Of a stretch of DNA of 64,000 nucleotides, positions 58,687 through 64,000 are shown piece after piece. This DNA is from Pseudomonadota bacterium (GTDB lineage Bacteria; Pseudomonadota; Gammaproteobacteria; Acidiferrobacterales; UBA6901): the NCBI GenBank assembly GCA_021778035.1, contig JAJYCY010000002.1, positions 12,580 through 76,579 on the forward strand. The letters run 5' to 3'. The translations under genes were made by a program, and so were the position numbers. The stretch's first letter is position 1. Each line of letters starts with the position of its first letter. The notes beneath the pieces are model-generated. The model was not told the origin of the DNA. It was given only the letters and a program-made list of their open reading frames with translations, and did no database searches.

Positions 58687-59151
58687 TCAGCGGTCGCCAG
58701 GCTCCGTCTTGCGGTCGGAGAGCACCCGGTCGATCGCTGAACCCATTTCCCAGAGCCAGCCCCGCGCCTGATGCCAGAGCACATTGGGTGAATGGCCGCC
58801 GCGGGTGGCGCGCGTACCGGGCACGGCAGTGGCTACGACCGCAATCAGGCCCTTCTGAAAAGCGGGATGATCCGGCTTGAACCCTTCTTCTATCCGGGCA
58901 TTGAAGCCGATATCGAGCAGAAATACGGACTCGATCTTGCTGAGCAGAAGCCGCTGCCAGGTGACACCGTCACCTGCCGGATTTCCGGGACCCCGGGTCT
59001 GGAAACAGCCTACGACCACGGAGCCCTCCGCGTCCGTATAGATCACATGTGGCTCAACCACACGTATGTGCTGCTGACTGTCATAACGCAGCACAGCACA
59101 GCGTCTGTCCTTGATGGACAGCCTGAGGCGTTTCAGGATATCGGGAGTCAT
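58687..59151 (-). CDS. Hypothetical protein, WYL-domain-like
   Basis: 154 aa from the internal ATG. RCAVLRYDSQQHIRVVEPHVIYTDAEGSVVVGCFQ...WQRLLLSKIESVFLLDIGF resembles the WYL beta-barrel pattern. Weak call. Confidence 0.4.
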   Translation of the reverse strand: MTPDILKRLRLSIKDRRCAVLRYDSQQHIRVVEPHVIYTDAEGSVVVGCFQTRGPGNPAGDGVTWQRLLLSKIESVFLLDIGFNARIEEGFKPDHPAFQKGLIAVVATAVPGTRATRGGHSPNVLWHQARGWLWEMGSAIDRVLSDRKTEPGDR

Positions 59152-59591
59152 GGTGCGTTTACCCGGGAGGGATCCCTGTTCGAGAACATGACTGAGTATA
59201 GGTGCCGGACGCCCGCGGCAGATCCGGCCAGCCTGGGGGCGCGACATTCGTCCGGAAAATCCAGACAAGCGGACAGGCCTGGCGGGGCAACCCGGCAGCC
59301 AGCAATGCCACTTCTGGCATGGAGATTGCGTGACAGGCCGGGCACCCCTTCCGGGCACGGTTTCGCTGGCCTGTGACGCATGCTGTCTGGAAACCGGTTT
59401 GTGCCGCAGACCCGTCGGCGCTATATCCGATTACGATGCATCGACCTGATCTGCCTATCCCTTTTGGGTAGTAATTGGACATACCGGAATCCCTGTACCC
59501 TGAAAAAAATTTCAGGGTTGGCCGGGCCCGTCGGGAGGTGGTCCGCCGGCGGGTCCGGCCAGCCCGCGGACTCATGACGCAAGGTGCCCGA

Positions 59592-59933
59592 ATGACACTT
59601 GAGGTAAACGGGAAGATTCTGGAAACTGACGAAGAGGGGTTTTTGCTCGATCCCTCTGTCTGGGACCGCGTGATTGCCGAGCACATTGCGCGCGGCGAGG
59701 CGCTTGAGATGACTGGTCAGCGATGGGAGGTTGTCGATTTTGTTCGCGGCTACTACGAACAGCACCATGCCGTACCTGAAGCCAGGGTACTGCTGAAGGC
59801 GCTGGGCGAAAAAATGGGCAAGGACAAGGCAACCCGCAAGTACCTGTACCAGCTTTTTCCCTATGGTTACGGACAGCAGGCATGCAAGATCGCCGGCATG
59901 ACCAAGCCCAGGAAGCTGATGCTCGATGTATGA
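59592..59933 (+). CDS. DsrC/TusE-family protein lacking the penultimate (CysA) cysteine (second paralogue)
   Basis: The ATG follows AAGGTG. Contains TDEEGFLLDPSVW, QRWEVVDFVRGYY and LYQLFPYGYGQQACKIAGMTKPRKLMLDV. 113 aa. Confidence 0.85.
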   Translation: MTLEVNGKILETDEEGFLLDPSVWDRVIAEHIARGEALEMTGQRWEVVDFVRGYYEQHHAVPEARVLLKALGEKMGKDKATRKYLYQLFPYGYGQQACKIAGMTKPRKLMLDV

Positions 59934-60082
59934 CGACCGGGCCGTCCGAAACGATTTGGCCCAGGTGACAGCACGGCAGGTCCGATGCCGGATGCGGCGC
60001 CGGACAGGGCTGCGGCCCTGACGCGCGCCATGCATGCACCAGTGTGGCGTTGCATGCCGGAAGTACTGCTCTGGCGTCAGCC

Positions 60083-60604
60083 ATGAGCACGCTTGAAAGA
60101 TCTGTCTGGACCGCCCTCGATTCGCACCGTGGAGCCATGTATGCCGGCGCAATCGCCGTCTATCTGGTTCTGTTTGTCCTGCTGCGCCCGAAGGCGGCGC
60201 TGTTTTCCCTTGTGGTGTTGCCTGGAACTCTCCTGCACGAGCTGTCGCACTGGGTGGCGGGCATCGTGCTGGGCGGCCGGCCCGGCGGACTGCGGCTGGT
60301 CCCGGCAAGGCACGGCAACCAGCTGATGCTGGGAAGCGTCGAGTTCGCCAACCTGCGCTGGTATAACGGCGTATTCATCGGACTGGCCCCGCTGTCTCTG
60401 CTGCCGGCCGCCCTGGCGCTGGTCGCCTGGAGGATTGGACATGGAACCACCTTTGGTGTGGCCGGGGCCGGATGGGCCTACGTTGCAGCCAATCTTGTCT
60501 ATGCTGCAGGCCCTTCACGACAGGACCTGCGTATCGTGGCAATATCCCGCTGGATGCTGGTCAGCGCCGCGCTCCTCGCAGCAGGCTGGATGACATATTT
60601 CTGA
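60083..60604 (+). CDS. Membrane protein with HExxH motif (M50B-like putative zinc metallopeptidase)
   Basis: About 173 aa, 4-5 TM. LLHELSHWVAGIVLGG sits at a TM end. Confidence 0.5.
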   Translation: MSTLERSVWTALDSHRGAMYAGAIAVYLVLFVLLRPKAALFSLVVLPGTLLHELSHWVAGIVLGGRPGGLRLVPARHGNQLMLGSVEFANLRWYNGVFIGLAPLSLLPAALALVAWRIGHGTTFGVAGAGWAYVAANLVYAAGPSRQDLRIVAISRWMLVSAALLAAGWMTYF

Positions 60605-60636
60605 CGGACCTGCCGGAATAGTTGCGGAACCACACG

Positions 60637-61392
60637 ATGCGAATCTGGCGACCGGTACGTGCCCGGCCTGATGTCTGGGGCCCCTGGATCACACTCGCTA
60701 TCGGTGCGGGAATCGCGGCGGTGTTCGTGCTGGTCCAGCTGGTCATCGTCTATGCCGGCGTGCTGTACAGGACAAGGCACGGACAGCCGGTGTCCATGCC
60801 TGCAGTGGCCGCCAGCATGGGTGACAACGGGCTGGCCTTTTCCATCGTCACCCTCGCGAGCAGCATTACCTGCTGCATGCTGACCTGGTGGGCAGCGAAA
60901 CTGCGCAAAAGCGCCACCGCGGCGGATTATCTCGGTATGCGTGCTGTGCGCGCCGGCCGGCTGCTCGCGTGGACCGGGGTTGCTGCCGGACTTATGGCCG
61001 TATCGGACCTGGCCGAGCCCTTGCTCAAAAATCCCCAGGGGCCTGATTTTACGCTTTCCCTATATCGCTCCGCGGATTTCATACCACTGCTCTGGGTTGC
61101 CGCCGTAATCGCCGCTCCGGCTTTCGAGGAGCTTTTTTTTCGCGGATTTCTGCTGCAGGGACTGAGATATTCCCGGATCGGGCCGGTCGGGGCGGTCGTA
61201 CTTACGTCGCTCGTCTGGGCTGCCAGCCACGGACAGTACAGCCACGGCGAGATCGTTGAAATATTCGTATTCGGGCTTTTTCTCGGCATTGCGCGCATCC
61301 GGACCGGATCCATTTACACTTCCTTCGCGATGCACGCCTTCGTCAATATGGCCACGCTTGTCCAGGCCGCATGGATGTCCGGCAGCCATTGA
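60637..61392 (+). CDS. CPBP-family intramembrane glutamic endopeptidase (CAAX protease/Abi)
   Basis: Multi-TM. Motif 1 is APAFEELFFRGFLL, motif 2 is SLVWAASH and motif 3 is FAMHAFVN. Confidence 0.8.
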   Translation: MRIWRPVRARPDVWGPWITLAIGAGIAAVFVLVQLVIVYAGVLYRTRHGQPVSMPAVAASMGDNGLAFSIVTLASSITCCMLTWWAAKLRKSATAADYLGMRAVRAGRLLAWTGVAAGLMAVSDLAEPLLKNPQGPDFTLSLYRSADFIPLLWVAAVIAAPAFEELFFRGFLLQGLRYSRIGPVGAVVLTSLVWAASHGQYSHGEIVEIFVFGLFLGIARIRTGSIYTSFAMHAFVNMATLVQAAWMSGSH

Positions 61393-61531
61393 CTGCACGC
61401 CGTTCATGGCCCTGTCTCTGCGGAAGTCAGTCCAGCGGCTGGCTGGTAGCGGGGTATCGCTGCTCGTACCGTGCCTTCCTACCGACTGCGTGCTAGTGTT
61501 CACATGACGCGGCACACGCACCACCCCGTAG

Positions 61532-62596
<1,065 letters not shown>

Positions 62597-63131
62597 CGAC
62601 ATTCCCGGGGGGATCAGGCTCCGGCGACATGATCCCTCCGCGGACTTTGCTGCAGCCATCTCCGATTCCGGCCGGGTCGGATCCTGGCAGGCCGGTGCAA
62701 CAGCCGCTGCTCGCGCCCGGCGCTTCCTCATCCCGTTTTTCGGGGTTGCCGCGATGCGGAGTCATGAACACCCGGAGTCCACGTGGTTCGGCGCCCGCGA
62801 CCGGCTGTCTCTCATCGCGGTCGGCTGTATCGGATAGTTCCTGAAGTCTGCGCTGGATTATTACGGCCTGGAGGACCTATCCGCTGCACGCTACCGTCTG
62901 GTGCTCTTCACCTGCCCTGTCCTGGCACTGATCCGCGCAGCCATGCTGCTTGGCCATCCGGTACGGCACCCGGTGGCAACCGCGCTGCAGCGCCAAAACT
63001 GATTCCAGGGCGCCCCGCCGCGTGCTGGTACGCACACAACTGAGCGGACGCTGAAACCGGGGATACCTGCTTTGCGTCATCCTTTCCGAATTGCTATTGT
63101 TGAATACTGTCCCGCCCGGAACCGACTACCG

Positions 63132-63542
63132 ATGACAGACTCGACCATTCAGCTTCATGGCAAGTCAGTACTGATCGAACTGAGCGCCGCCGCCGAGCGT
63201 GCCCTGGCGAAGCGCAGTCTTCCCTTGTACGTGGAGGTACAGCTGGTTTTCGGCTGCATGATCGCCAAGCGCGTGCGATTCCACGACGATGCCAACGCAC
63301 AGGCAGTCCCCGTGAGCGAAAAGCTTCACGTCTGGTTCCGGCCTGCTCGCTACGACAAGGCATGCAGCTTCGACGATATCGATTCTGGCGCCATCGCCAG
63401 CGACTACCCGATGGTCGCGCAGCGCAGGGGATTCGTGCCGGACAAGGTGAGCATCGATTACCGGTCCGGAAAATGGACCGGAGATTTCACGTACTCGACT
63501 GAGCTCTTCCGCGCCCAAAACGCCGGCCTCGGCCCTGCCTAG
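63132..63542 (+). CDS. Hypothetical protein (136 aa)
   Basis: Intact ORF from the internal ATG with GC3-rich codons. No motif recognised. Confidence 0.45.
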   Translation: MTDSTIQLHGKSVLIELSAAAERALAKRSLPLYVEVQLVFGCMIAKRVRFHDDANAQAVPVSEKLHVWFRPARYDKACSFDDIDSGAIASDYPMVAQRRGFVPDKVSIDYRSGKWTGDFTYSTELFRAQNAGLGPA

Positions 63543-63639
63543 ACTCCGGCAGCAAGGGCGGTGGTCCCGGGCGCGCCAGACCGGGGCACAACGGAATCCG
63601 GCAATGCATGGGGGCAGACCAGACGCCGGGAAAAAGTCC

Positions 63640-64000
63640 ATGGCCAAATACGCCGAAAATCTGGTCAGTGCGCAATCGGTGCTGATTTCGGCCGCCACCG
63701 GCATCGGCACGATGGCCGTCGCCAATCTGCTCCGGCTGATGTACGGACTGCCGCCGCGCTGGGTGGCGCTGGCCATCAGCTTCCTGCTGGGGCTCGCGGT
63801 GCTGACAAAGGTGCGGCGGTCCCAGACACAGCAGATCCTCTGCTACCTCTGCAGCTCCTCGATCATCTTCCTGGTCGCAGTCGCCAGCAACCGGGCCGGT
63901 ATGGCCCTGGCTGGACTGGCCGGACCCGCGCCCATCCACGGTGGCCCCATCCGCGCCGCCGCAGCGCCAGATGCCCGTAACGGCGTCCTGCAACACCTGG
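63640..64000 (+). CDS. Hypothetical membrane protein, 3'-truncated by window edge
   Basis: Not in the ORF track because it has no stop within the window. The ATG at 63640 opens MAKYAENLVSAQSVLISAATGIGTMAVANLL...ALAISFLLGLAVL...SSIIFLVAVA. It has strong GC3 bias and 2-3 hydrophobic helices. Confidence 0.45.
   Translation, partial: MAKYAENLVSAQSVLISAATGIGTMAVANLLRLMYGLPPRWVALAISFLLGLAVLTKVRRSQTQQILCYLCSSSIIFLVAVASNRAGMALAGLAGPAPIHGGPIRAAAAPDARNGVLQHL

Noticed and set aside
59497-59516. CCCTGAAA-aaaa-TTTCAGGG hairpin upstream of the second dsrC-like gene, considered as a terminator.
   Set aside because: No U-tract follows on either strand, and no upstream gene ends nearby on the plus strand. 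Its function is unclear, so it is left unannotated.

Overview
This is a GC-rich, densely coding chromosomal window of about 70 genes. Its synteny looks gammaproteobacterial. I recognised no rRNA, tRNA, CRISPR array, transposase, integrase or prophage signature. All family assignments come from reading the supplied translations and motifs from memory; no searches were run.

Layout:
(1) 1-5.5 kb: the distal half of an MSHA-type type IV pilus operon (mshE-G-F-B-A-C-D, minus strand).
(2) 5.6-14.3 kb: an E. coli-like core block. It holds trmL, then yibN-like rhodanese-grxC-secB-gpsA, then gpmI-envC-ctp-yibQ. A two-Cys ArsR (SqrR/BigR-like) regulator is inserted in it.
(3) 14.3-17.8 kb: the aerobic ubiquinone accessory operon DUF971-ubiE-ubiJ-ubiB.
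(4) 18-40 kb: an unusually long run of phosphorus-economy genes. In order: phoBR, an ATP-grasp-like ORF, a nucleophile-less LMW-PTP/ArsC-like ORF, pstSCAB-phoU, ppk, sixA-CHAD-ppx, hemB, adk carrying a Lys/Ala/Pro repeat tail, a PPi-type pfk, an H+-pyrophosphatase and a YfcE-like phosphoesterase.
(5) 40-47.4 kb: an L-Ara4N lipid A modification cluster (arnT, arnE/F, arnB, arnC, split arnA, arnD).
(6) 47.5-57 kb: an anaerobic block with bioB, fnr, hemN, ubiT and an FNR-box-preceded operon (radical SAM, radical SAM, ubiU, ubiV, LplA-like::DUF116 fusion).
(7) 57-60 kb: a lower-GC, partly decayed region. It holds nsrR, two DsrC/TusE-like paralogues lacking the terminal Cys, and back-to-back 3' remnants of narI and narL.
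(8) 60-64 kb: two membrane proteases, ddl and hypotheticals.

Best candidates for something new:
- The expanded, FNR-controlled ubiUV operon with three uncharacterised partners.
- The adenylate kinase with a histone-H1/AlgP-like tail, sitting next to polyphosphate genes.
- The ATP-grasp plus pseudo-phosphatase pair inside the Pho cluster.
- The nar-locus deletion scar.
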